Translations under genes and position numbers: made by a program | In this document: piece by piece, positions 25,089 to 35,600 of the stretch | Position numbering within the stretch: the first letter of the stretch is position 1 | Layout: every line of letters begins with the position of its first letter | The notes under the pieces: model-generated | Databases searched by the model: none | What the model was told of the DNA's origin: nothing | What the model saw: the letters and a program-made list of their open reading frames with translations, nothing else | Source: Leucoraja ocellata | Lineage: Eukaryota | NCBI GenBank assembly: GCA_036785375.1 | Contig: JAWMAR010000048.1 | Coordinates: 10,044,001-10,108,000, forward strand | DNA length: 64,000 bases | Reading direction: 5' to 3'

Positions 25089-25666
25089 GTCATAGAGTCG
25101 TAGAGTGATAGTGTGGAAACAGGCCCTGTGGCCCAAGTTGCCCACACCGAACAACATGCCCCAGCTACACTAGTCTCACCTGCCTGTGCTTGGTCCATAT
25201 CCCTCCAAACCTGCCCTATCCATGTACCTGTCTAACTGTTTCTTAAATGTTGGGATAGTCCCTGCCTCAACTGCCTCCTCTGGCAGCTTGTTCCATAAAC
25301 CCATCACACTTTGTGTGAAAAAGTTACCCCTCAGATTTCTATTAAATCTTTTCCCCTTCACATTGAACCTGTGTCCTCTGGTCCTCGATTCTGCTATTCT
25401 AGGCAAGAGGCACTGTGCATCTACCCGATCTATTCCTCTCATGATTTTATACACCTCTATCAGATCATCCCATCCTCCTGCGCTCCAAGGAATAGAGACC
25501 CAGCCTACTCAATCTCTCCCTATAGCTCCCTCTAGTCCTGGCAACATCCTCGTAAATTAAGCTTGACAATATATTTTCTATAACATGGTGCCCAGAACTG
25601 AACACAATATTCCAAATGTAGTCTCACCAACGTCTCATACAACTTATATATTCTTCTGATGATTAT

Positions 25667-25972
25667 TTTAGTTTAGAGATACAGCGCGGAAACAAGCCCT
25701 TTGGCCCACTGGGACCACGCCGACCAGCGATCCCTGCACTTTAACACTATCCAACACACACTAGGGACAATGTTTACATTTACTAAGCCAATTAACCTAC
25801 AAACCTACATGTCTTTGGAGTGTGGGAGGAAACCGAAGATCTCGGAGAAAACGCACGCAGGTCACGGGGAGAACGTGCAAACTCCGTACAGACAGCACCC
25901 GTAGTCGGGATTGAAGCCGGGTCTCTGGTGCTGCATTCGCAGTAAGGCAACAACTATACCGCTGCGCCACCG
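25667..25972 (-). mobile_element. tRNA-derived SINE, full length
   Basis: Same family; head CCGCTGCGCCACCGT on the plus strand. Confidence 0.88.
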
Positions 25973-26596
25973 TAAGACTTGACGATGATGGTCTTGTATG
26001 CTACAATTTCCATTTATATGTACCTAAACTTCCACCCTTTCAGTGTTTAAAAATAATTTACAGCAAGTCGTGTTCATCCAAGTATTCTGGTTAGAAGAGC
26101 CCATAATTCTCTGTCATTAGCAACGCATTTTGTGATTAAATTGGTGACGACTGAGTTTTGTGCTTTGCACACTGTGTGTTTAATAACAATATGCATCAAG
26201 GATTATGCCATGCAATGTTCTTATTTTATATAGTTTACCCTTTAAAGTTGAGCAATAGCACAAATGATGCACAAGTGATTTATAGCTGCAAGAACATGAA
26301 CATGAATCACAATAACTCCAGCGGATAGTCCTGGCCAAGTGTCCCAGAATTAAAGATGAGACTGAGAGAATTACTTCAATAATTTCATGTTGTTCTTTAT
26401 TGTTGTGTTGTACTTATATTGTATTAAAATGTCCTTCGAGAATGCCAAGTCGTCTTTATCACATGTTAGTTGAGACATTTTGGGATATGCTAATTTTACT
26501 GTTAGTAAAGAGTTGGTTTATAAAGTATCCCTTTCAATGGATTTTAAAGAGCAGGTACATTAGATTAAATGTGTGTGTTTACTCCTGGTTTTGCAG

Positions 26597-26699
26597 TATT
26601 CTACGATGATGACTTGACAGATGCATTCTTTCAGACAATCTACAGAGTTCTGAGCCATTTGAGAAATCCAAGCACTGTATATCTCTCTGTGGAGAAAAG
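26597..26699 (+). CDS. METTL22: METTL22 coding exon 8
   Basis: TTGCAG| acceptor; VFYDDDLTDAFFQTIYRVLSHLRNPSTVYLSVEKR, completing the D-x-x-Y motif across the junction; donor AAG|GTAAGC, phase 2. Confidence 0.95.
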
Positions 26700-28221
26700 G
26701 TAAGCACGGGAAAGACATGGACAACCAGTGATGGTATGGATTGTAAAACCTACATTTTTAGGATTGGAGTGTGTAATAGCCATCAGGTTATTAAACACGG
26801 CAACAAACAAGTTCTGAACTCCAACAGACTATTATTATTATTGCACGATAAAGTGTTTGCTTTTTGAGTATGTGTGTATGTGTATATATACACACACACT
26901 GAACTTGTTTACCTCTCGTTTACTATGTTTACATATTCTGTTGTGCTGCAGCAAGCAAGAATTTCATTGTCCTATCTGGGACACGTGACAAAACTCTCTT
27001 GACTCTTGACATCTTGGAAGGAAATTTTCGAAAGTCCAAGTTCAAGTTACATTTATTGTCACATGCACCAGTCGGTACAGTGAGATTTCAGTTACCATAC
27101 AGCCATACGAATAAAAAAAAAGCACACACTACACGATAGAGTTGAACATAAACACCCCCACACAACGTTTCCCACTGTGAGTTCAGTCATCTTCCTCTTT
27201 GTTCACCCGTGGTCGGGGCCTTTGAGCCCTCTGCAGTCGCCGCTGCCGAAGGCCCTCTCGCTGGGATGAGGGAACTCCAACATCCGATGGAATTGCATCA
27301 GAAACCAATATATAATGCTATTTATTTATTGCTGCTGGTCATAAAAAGTTACCACATCAAGGCAGAGACTGGTTTGATGCTGAGAGTAGTTTATTTGTGA
27401 ATACCACAGTATCCAGTAACCAAGGCGACCATTTAACATCCTTTAACTGACTGGACAGTTTTAAAGCTGCCACTCGCTGATCTGCATCAGCCGGAGCTAG
27501 ATACTATAACTCCAACAGAAGGTAGTTAAGGCCAGTTCATTGGTTATATTTAAGAGGGAGTTAGATGTGGCCCTTGTGGCTAAAGGGATCAGGGGGTATG
27601 GAGAGAAGGCAGGTACAGGATACCGAGTTGGATGATCAGCCATGATCATATTGAATGTCGGTGCAGGCTCGAAGGGCCGAATGGCCTACTCCTGCACCTA
27701 ATTTCTATGTTTCTATGTTTACACTAAGGCTTAGATGTGATGCCAGACCCACTGCAATGTGATTGATTCGTAACCATCCGCAAAAAATTACTCGACTAAT
27801 CTCTCCACTCATGGGGAAATTGAAGATAGGTAATAAATCGGGTTGGAAAGGGTCCCTTTTTCTCCAGCGATTCTGCCTGACCCGCTGAGTTACTTCAGCA
27901 CTTTGTGTCTATCTTTGGTATTAATCGGCCTTGTTTCTACCTAATAAATGACCTTGCCAAAAACCCAACTATCTCCCATTTTAAAAAGTTGACATCACTT
28001 TTCCTCTTTTCTCTATGTCTTTTTTTCACTTATGTTCCTTTATTTCCACAACTCCTGCGGGACAACGTAAGAAACAATAAGGAGTAAGTGAATCAGCTCT
28101 TCACACCAGCTGTGCCACACAATAAGGCCACGGCTGATCAACCCCTGGTCTCTGGGTGACGTTTCCGGTCGGGACCCTTCTTCAGACTAGTCAGGAAGAT
28201 AGGGAAACGTGAGATATAGAC

Positions 28222-28450
28222 AGTGCAGATGTTGAAAGAACAGAGTCTCCTCAGAAAGTATAGACGGCTCTGTCCCTTCTTATGCAGTGCCTCAGCGTTC
28301 CTGGACCAGTCCAGTTTACTGTCCAGGCAAACTCCAGGGTACTTGTACTCCTTGGTAAACTGCACATCCACACCCTTGATGGAGATGGGACAGGGGTGTT
28401 CCTCTCCTCCTAAAGTCCACCACCAACTCCTCAGTCTTGTCGGTGTTGAG
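28222..28450 (-). mobile_element. Rex1/Babar RT fragment
   Basis: ISIKGVDVQFTKEYKYPGVCLDSKLDWSRNAEALHKKGQSRLYFLRRL. Confidence 0.75.
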
Positions 28451-28802
28451 CTATGAGCTCTAATTCTAGACTCTCCCACAAGTGGAAACATCCTCTCCAC
28501 ATTCACTCTATCCAAGCCTTTCACAATTAAAATATATTTTCTAAATTTGGCACCAGGTGTCATGTTTATAATATTATGTTAAGATAAATAAATGGTCATA
28601 TTCTTACAGTATAGGCAAATGTGTGTCTCGTAATTCAAGAGTGAAATGAACTGGACATTCTCATTGTATTCTCATTCCCATTGTATTCTTATTGTATTCT
28701 CAACATTCTGTCCTATTTTAACTATAATGCATCTTCAAAAATACAGCAGCAGCTGTAATATAGCATCAGGATTTGGTAAAACTGAGGTGTGATTTCTTTC
28801 AG

Positions 28803-28971
28803 ACTGAACTTTATGTTGCGAAAACTGGATGTTACATGCGATGCTTATGATCACTTCCGACTGTGTTTGGATGAGTTGGCAAACATGAGTGACGGGAGAA
28901 CTTCATTTGTTGTGGAGCCAGTCAAACTTGCTTTTCCACAGTTCCTGGTTTATGAGCGAGTGGAACAATTG
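28803..28971 (+). CDS. METTL22: METTL22 coding exon 9
   Basis: TTTCAG| acceptor; LNFMLRKLDVTCDAYDHFRLCLDELANMSDGRTSFVVEPVKLAFPQFLVYERVEQL; donor TTG|GTAAGT. Confidence 0.96.
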
Positions 28972-30514
28972 GTAAGTGATTTTGGGAGTTAGGGTTTTTA
29001 AAGAGTTGGTGAAAGAGTTCGGTTGCATAGACTTGTTTCTCAGACTGTCAAATCTAATTGGAGAACTCTCGGAGCAGAATGATCCGTGAAGAGAAATTAA
29101 AACAAATTATCGTGAGGGATGAAGGAATCTTGCAGAGATAAAGAATAAAGAGGAAAGAAGAAATGACAAGTAATGTTTTAACACAGCTGTGGATATTGAT
29201 AAAGGACAGATCAAACATATTCCAGAAAGTATTTAAACAAAAACAAGCCAAAAGCAAAATACAATGGATGTTGGAAATCTGAAATAATAACAGAAAATAA
29301 TCAGATTAACATTTCAAACATTATCTGCAGAGGCGAAAATAAAAATTTAAATTTTTGACAATTCATAAGAAATATTTTCTCTTTTCCTCTCCACAGTTGC
29401 TACCTAACTTGCTGAGCACTTCCATCTCTGTTCCACCTGTAACACTATACTCTGTACTATTTTTGCATTATCTCTACGTGTACGGTGTGACTGTACTTGT
29501 GCATAGTATGATTTGAAGATAGACACAAAATGCTGGAGTGGTGGGACAGGCAACGTCTCTTGAGAGAAGGAATGGGTGACGTTTCAGGTCGAGTCCCTTC
29601 TTCAGAGTCTTCAGACCAGTCTGAAGAAGGGTCTCAACCCGAAACGTCACCCATTCCTTCTCTCAAGAGATGCTGCCTGTCCCGCTGAGTTACTCCAGCA
29701 TTTTGTGTCTTTCTTTGGTTTAAGCCAGCATCTGCAGTTCCTTCTTACACAAATGGTATGATTAGACTGGATAACAGGCAAACAAAGTCTTTCACTGATC
29801 TTGACCACTTCCTGTCTGCGTTGTAATTAAATTTGCGCAAAAACGACCCCCATAGCGCTACGCTTTTTTGCTACCTTACTCACCATTCTCCTCTGCTGCA
29901 AGTCGAATAGGTTTTGTTTTGATCGGTGAAATAGTGCAAAAGTTATGAAGGTTTTGAAGGTTCCCCCTCCCCCACACCCTCACACCCCCCCTCCCCCACA
30001 CACCCCTCCCCCACCCCCCCTCCCCACATCACACCTCCCCCACACACCCCGAAGGGCCTGTTTCCGCGCTGTATCTCTAAACTATAATAAACTAAACTTT
30101 TCTTCATTTTCCTCTTGTCCAATGGAAACAATTTTAAGTATTAGCAAAATTCTTACGTTTTTTGATTTTTTGATTATCTCTATAATGTAGTTCTGTTTTC
30201 AAAATTGCTGCCCTGAATTGCTGAGTCCGTTTTCCTGTGATGGCAGAATCTCCCTCCTCTCCATGTTGTCCACAGATGTGGCCTGACCCGCTGAATTACT
30301 CCAGCACTCCAGATGTGTCCAGTTGTGAACCCAGTGACTGTGTGAGATGTCCACCATGTCCAATACAACTGATCGATCCCTAGTTAGTTTCAGTGGGAAT
30401 GGAGATAAGCTTCACAGGGAGGGGTTTTTATTTTCTGTAGATGCTGCAGCTAAAGCTAGGAATGATCTAAAACCATTTCCTCCTTTTCTAAGATAGACAC
30501 AAAATGCTGGACGG

Positions 30515-31140
30515 ATATTTTTAGAATAATTTCTGAAGTTGAAACTAATAATATTAGGAGTATCAGAACAAAGCCTAAAACTTACAACAAGCCAAAGAAA
30601 CTTCCTTGATTACAGTAAAATAACTGGGAAAAAATTAATATTAACATTCTGGAAAGGTCCTACAACCCCCACAATTAAAATGTGGATTATGGAAATGTCG
30701 GAGACCTTACATTTGGAAAGAACTAGACTTGTCTTAATTGTCAAACAAGAATTATTTGTTAGAATATGGTCTCCATTTATTGACTTTTTGAAAGGGTAAA
30801 TTGGTCCGGCACGGGAATCTGACTGAAGCTCGAACTCAGGATTAGATGAACAGTTATGTTTTATAATCTACGGACCTATCTCTAAAGTTGTATTATTGGT
30901 AAATCACTCCATTGTTTTTTATCGTGTCTTTGTTTTCTTCCTACTTCCTATCTATAAAAAAAACCCAGATAGAAGCAGAGTTAATATACAATTGATAAAT
31001 GAGAACCGCTATTATTTTGATAGTTGGATTCCCATCTATTAGCAATGTGTGATTGATATACAAGATGTGTTTTGATTATGATATGTACATGCTTCTAATA
31101 AAAAAAAATTTAAAAAATAATAAATAAATAAATAAATAAA
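30515..31140 (+). mobile_element. L1-clade LINE 3' end with A-rich tail
   Basis: KKLILTFWKGPTTPTIKMWIMEMSETLHLER...FVRIWSPFIDFL resembles fish L1 ORF2 C-termini; ends AATAAAAAAAAA...(TAAA)n. Confidence 0.72.
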
Positions 31141-31516
31141 TAGATGCTGGAGTAATTCAGCAGGAGAGGCAGCATCTCTGGAGAGAACCAAACCAGCATC
31201 CGGAGTTCCTTCCGACGCCCTTCTTTCATAACTATCCCAAACGGTGTGGCTTTGTTGCCTGGATAACAACGATAACGACTCATTTACTGGTGTACTACAT
31301 ATGCGTGTGTGTGTGTGTGATGTGGAAGGGCCATGTTTGACATTAGACATTATGGCCGAAGAGGCAAGGGTTGAGGCTCCCTCCACAAGCTAAACTGTGG
31401 CTGCTTGTTGAATAATGATTGCCACCTAGTGGTAGTGTGTTGCCAGTGCTTCCAGATATATGTAGAACAAAGGTTAAGGATTGGTGCCAAGGAAATTGCT
31501 GCCAAGGAAATGTCAC

Positions 31517-31938
31517 ACCAAGCCAGCCGGCTGCCTGCCCCTTTTCAGGGGTTACGTCCGTGCCCGGGTGGTGTTAGAAAAGAACTACATGCTGTCCACG
31601 GGCGCCCTGGGGGATTTCCGGGACCACTGGGCACCGCTGGGGGTTGAATACATCCTTGACAAGGAGTGCAAGATAGTTGTATAATAGTTAGTATACATCA
31701 GTCTGAAGAAGGGTCTCGACCCGAAACGTCACCTATCCCTTTGCTCCATAGATGCTGCCTCACCCGCTGAGTTTCTCCAGCATTTTTGTCTACCTTCTAT
31801 TTTTCCAGCATCTGCAGTTCTTCCTTAAACATTGTATAATAGTTTATCATTTGTCGTGTATTATGGTGGTAGGTTCTGTGTTTTTTTACTATTGTATATA
31901 TTATTTTAATATTTGAACAAATAGTTTTGATTTAAAAA
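31517..31938 (+). mobile_element. Tx1-clade LINE 3' end with 13-bp TSD, containing a nested Penelope end
   Basis: CLPLFRGYVRARVVLEK...FRDHWAPLG; TSD AAGGAAATGTCAC at 31504-31516 and 31939-31951; inner insertion flanked by TTGTATAATAGTT. Confidence 0.72.
31703..31730 (+). ncRNA. Minimal hammerhead ribozyme core in a Penelope-derived end (representative of many copies)
   Basis: CTGAAGA-A-GGGT(CTCG)ACCC-GAAA-CGTC = CUGANGA, stem II, GAAA, palindromic ACGT, UC site. Similar cores at about 5318, 12964, 22302, 29621, 35606, 38949, 41008, 42878, 55330, and on the minus strand. Confidence 0.6.
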
Positions 31939-32052
31939 AAGGAAATGTCACTGTCGACTTGAATCCTATTAATAACTCCTTTGTGTAAAGGTTTTGTTTT
32001 TATTGGTCATTGCCATAGAGAATTGACTTTTTTTTTGTGGATTCCCTTACAG

Positions 32053-32106
32053 GAACTGTGGAAAATAATTGTTGAGCCGCACACAGCAATGAAACGGCTA
32101 TTGTAA
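32053..32106 (+). CDS. METTL22: METTL22 last coding exon
   Basis: TTACAG| acceptor; ELWKIIVEPHTAMKRLL-TAA (human ELWKIIAEPVT). The exons sum to 1152 nt, an intact frame. Confidence 0.93.
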   Translation, partial: ELWKIIVEPHTAMKRLL

Positions 32107-32361
32107 CTGAAAACACACGCAAAGCAGGATGGTTTATTGCTGTAGTTCATTTAAAGCTTTAGCCAAAGAAAGAAACGAGGTTATTATTTTAAAATACTAA
32201 GCTACTTTATTCAATATTTTATCTTTAATTGCAGCGTGGAAATTATATGGCGTACAATCACTTAATGTGTTTGGTTTGGATTTAACAGTGAATACGTCAA
32301 TACCTCATTAAAATAATATGGAGCAGAACTTTATGCCTTGAAAGTACAAAAGATTATATTA

Positions 32362-32836
32362 GGCGGCTGCATATGTGGTTTGACCCCTCACAAAATTGTT
32401 ACAAAAGGTTTCTCAACGGGTTTATATAGTATCAGGTGTGCTTAATAACATACAAAACGTCCATCACACTCAGACCACGGGAAAGGTCTAACTTTCAAGA
32501 TGGCCTCCAAATCCTTAAAACGCCCATTATTCCTTCATTATTCATCATAGACAAATAATGTTGCCGTCCAACCCCATGTTTTGTGGGTTTAGAATATAGG
32601 AAATGTTGTTATGAGGCAGACCTATACTTGCACTGGAAAATATTACTTTCTATGCTAATATTACACATAAAATGGATCTTGGACGCCATCTTGAATATTA
32701 GACCTATCCCGTGGTCTGACTGTGGTAGACTTTGGGTATGTTATTAAGCACATCTGATACTACAAAAAACCGTTGAGAAACCTTTTGTAGCAATTTTTTT
32801 AGGGTAAGTTTTTTTTTTGTCATATCTGCGGCTGCC
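32362..32836. mobile_element. MITE with long (about 150 bp) imperfect terminal inverted repeats, downstream of the METTL22 stop
   Basis: Left arm GGCGGCTGCATATG...ACAAAAGGTTTCTCAACGG...TCAAGATGGCCTCCAA; right arm TTGGACGCCATCTTGA...CCGTTGAGAAACCTTTTGT...CATATCTGCGGCTGCC; TA on both flanks. Confidence 0.85.
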
Positions 32837-32954
32837 TATATCAATGTTTTCTCTATTTTAATATTAGTTCTGTTACCATTTCTGATGTAACAGAGAGAAG
32901 TTAAACAAAAGGGCAATATATCTTGATAAAAGTATCCATGATACAATCTTTACA

Positions 32955-32960
32955 AATAAA
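32955..32960 (+). terminator. Candidate METTL22 polyadenylation signal AATAAA (alternative at 33811-33816)
   Basis: AATAAA about 850 nt after the stop, followed by T-rich sequence; the second AATAAA at 33811 is followed by a GT/T-rich tract. Confidence 0.5.
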
Positions 32961-33109
32961 ATGCATTTCCTTTCATTCATCCTCACAGAGTTTCTCGCCT
33001 AAGCAAAATCTAAACTGAAGTATGTACTGTAGATAGGAATTGACGACTTATTTGTGGGACAAAATTAATTTCAAATACTACTAAATTAATATTGTGTATT
33101 CAGAGTATT

Positions 33110-33432
33110 TGGCACAGTGGCGTAGCTTGTAGAGTCACTGCCTCACAGCGACCGAGACCCAGGTTTGATCCTGACCTCGGGTGCTGCGTGAGGTTTGAAT
33201 GTTATTCCTCTGACCGTGTGGGTTTCCATTGGTTCTCCAGTTTCTTCCCATATCCCACAGGTGTGTGGGTTTGTACGTTAATTGGCCTGCGTATAATTGC
33301 CCCTTATGTTTAAGAAGTGGATAAGAAAGTGAAATAACTAGCGTGAATGATTGGGTGATCGATGGTCGGCGTGGATTTGGTGGGCTAAAGGGCCTGTTTC
33401 CATGCTATATCTCTGAAATTAAAACTAACTCT
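33110..33432 (+). mobile_element. tRNA-derived SINE, older copy
   Basis: GGCACAGTGGCGTAGC...GGTTTGATCCTG...GGGCCTGTTTCC. Confidence 0.8.
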
Positions 33433-35004
33433 AAATCCACTGTGCCTTTCCCATCACTTTGAAAGAGCTATTTCTTTCTTTATTCACGCCTTGCTGCTTT
33501 TTGCCTGTGGTGTTTTAATTTATCCGTTTTAAGTTTCTTGCTTTTTATTAGATCTTCCTGCAACATTCTCTTCTCTACAGAAAATAATCCTTGATTCTCC
33601 AGCCTTTTCATGTAGCAATAATTCTTCATCCTTGGTAGATATCAAGTAAATGTTCTCTGCGCCCACTCAAAATCCTTGGCTTAATAGTTACAGCTGATTA
33701 AAAAGTCAAAACTTGCAAGCTAAGTTTAATTTATTGTGATTGAGTTTACATGAAACTGGTTGCTGTATTTTGTAGAAGTATATTTTATGATGCATTGCAT
33801 TTATTTTGATAATAAAGGTTAAAAATTGCAACAATGTGGATTTTTCTGTTATATTTGTCCTTTATATCATCAAACTGGAGGAGCAGAAACTAATTTAATT
33901 CAGTTTAGTTTATTGTTCTGTTTGTCAGAAACTCTATGCGCAGTAAATTGGCGTCATCTGTTTGAAATTGCAGTTTAAATGTAAAGGTTTACTGCAAAAT
34001 AAAGTGCACATCACTTTGTAAATGTGAGTGGGAGTAGTGATATGATTGAGTGGCTTGGTGTAAATTAGGTACATGAATCAGCAGGGGGCCAGAGGAGAAA
34101 CCTGCAAGTACCAGTGTGTACACTTGCCAATGTTTATAATGACAAACGTGTGGTGTACTTTGTGGCTGGAGCGAGTGCAGGCAATGAGACTGACCTGAGA
34201 GAGAGAGAGAGAGATGGCTGTATGGTCTCAGTATACTGAACCATGCACAATGGTGGAGCTGCTGCACACTGCGTGTGGTGTTACAATGAAATAAAGGATA
34301 ATGATCGGCATAGATAGAGTGGAAGTGGAGAGGATGTTTCCATCGGTGGGAGAGTCCAGGACCAGAGGTCACAGCCTCAGAATTAAAGGGCGCTCTTTTA
34401 GAAAGGAGGAGAGGAGGAACTTCTTTAGTCAGAGGGTGGTGAAACTGTGGAACTCATTGCCACAGAGGTCTGTGGAGGTCGAGTTAGTGGATATTTTTAA
34501 GGCAGAGATGGATAGATTCTTGATTAGAACGTGTGTCAAGGGTTATGGTGAGGGCAGGAAAATGGGATTAGGAGGCAGAGATCAGCCATGATTAAATGGT
34601 GTAGAAGACTCGATGGGCCGAATGGCTTAATTCTGCTCCTATAACGTGAACTTGTGGTGTTGATTTATCGCAATGGAACCATTATATCCCATGACAAAAT
34701 GAACATATTGAATACACGTTTAAATCCCCTATTTGCCTACTGTGCCATTAACTTTAGACCAGTTTGATTATTAGACTAATTAATTAGATTAATTTGGATG
34801 GAATTTAACTCAGTCAAGTGGGAGAAGTTACATTTTGGTACGTTAAACCAAGGCAGGCAGGCACAGTAAATGACATGGCCCTGGTGGGTGATGTAGAGAG
34901 AGAGAACTAGGGCACAGCTTTATAATTCCAACAGTGGTGACGCAAGTGGACAAGGTGGAGAAGAAGGTATTTGGCGTGCTTGCCTTCATCGTTTAGGGTA
35001 TTGA

Positions 35005-35600
35005 GTAGACAACAGGTGCAGGAGTAGAGGCCATTCGGCCCTTCGAGCCAGCACCGCCGTTCAATGTGATCATGGCTGATCATCCACAATCAGTACCCTG
35101 TTCCTGCCTTCTCCCCATATCCCCTGACTCCACTATCTTTAAGAGCCCTATCTAGCTCTCTCTTGAAAGTATCCAGAGAACCGGCCTCCACCGCCCTCTG
35201 TAAAAGAGAATTCCACAGACTCACAACTCTCTGTGTGAAAAAGTGTTTCCTCATCTCCATTCTAAATGGCTCGCCCCTTATTCTTAAAATCTGGCCCCTG
35301 GTTCTGGACTTCCCCCAACATCGGGAACATGTTTACTGCCTCTAGCGTGTCCAAACCCTTAATAATCTTATATGTTTCAATAAGATCCCCTCTCATCCTA
35401 AATTCCAGAGTGTACAAACCCAGTCGCTCCATTCACTCAGCGTATGACAATCCCGCCATCCCGGGAATAAATTTTGTGAACCTACGCTGCACTCCCTCAA
35501 TAGCAAGAATGCCCTTCCTCAAATTTGGAGACCAAAACTGCACACATTACTCCAGGTGTGGTCTCACTAGGGCCCTGTACATCTGCAGAATGACCTCTTT
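35005..35600 (-). mobile_element. CR1 LINE fragment nested in an older plus-strand CR1 (about 34790-36375)
   Basis: Reverse-strand LVRPHLE/TYKI motifs; the flanks continue a decayed RT region. Confidence 0.82.

Noticed and set aside
32089-32106. Peroxisomal targeting signal in the extended METTL22 C-terminus (MKRLL)
   Set aside because: The terminal tripeptide RLL does not fit the PTS1 consensus.
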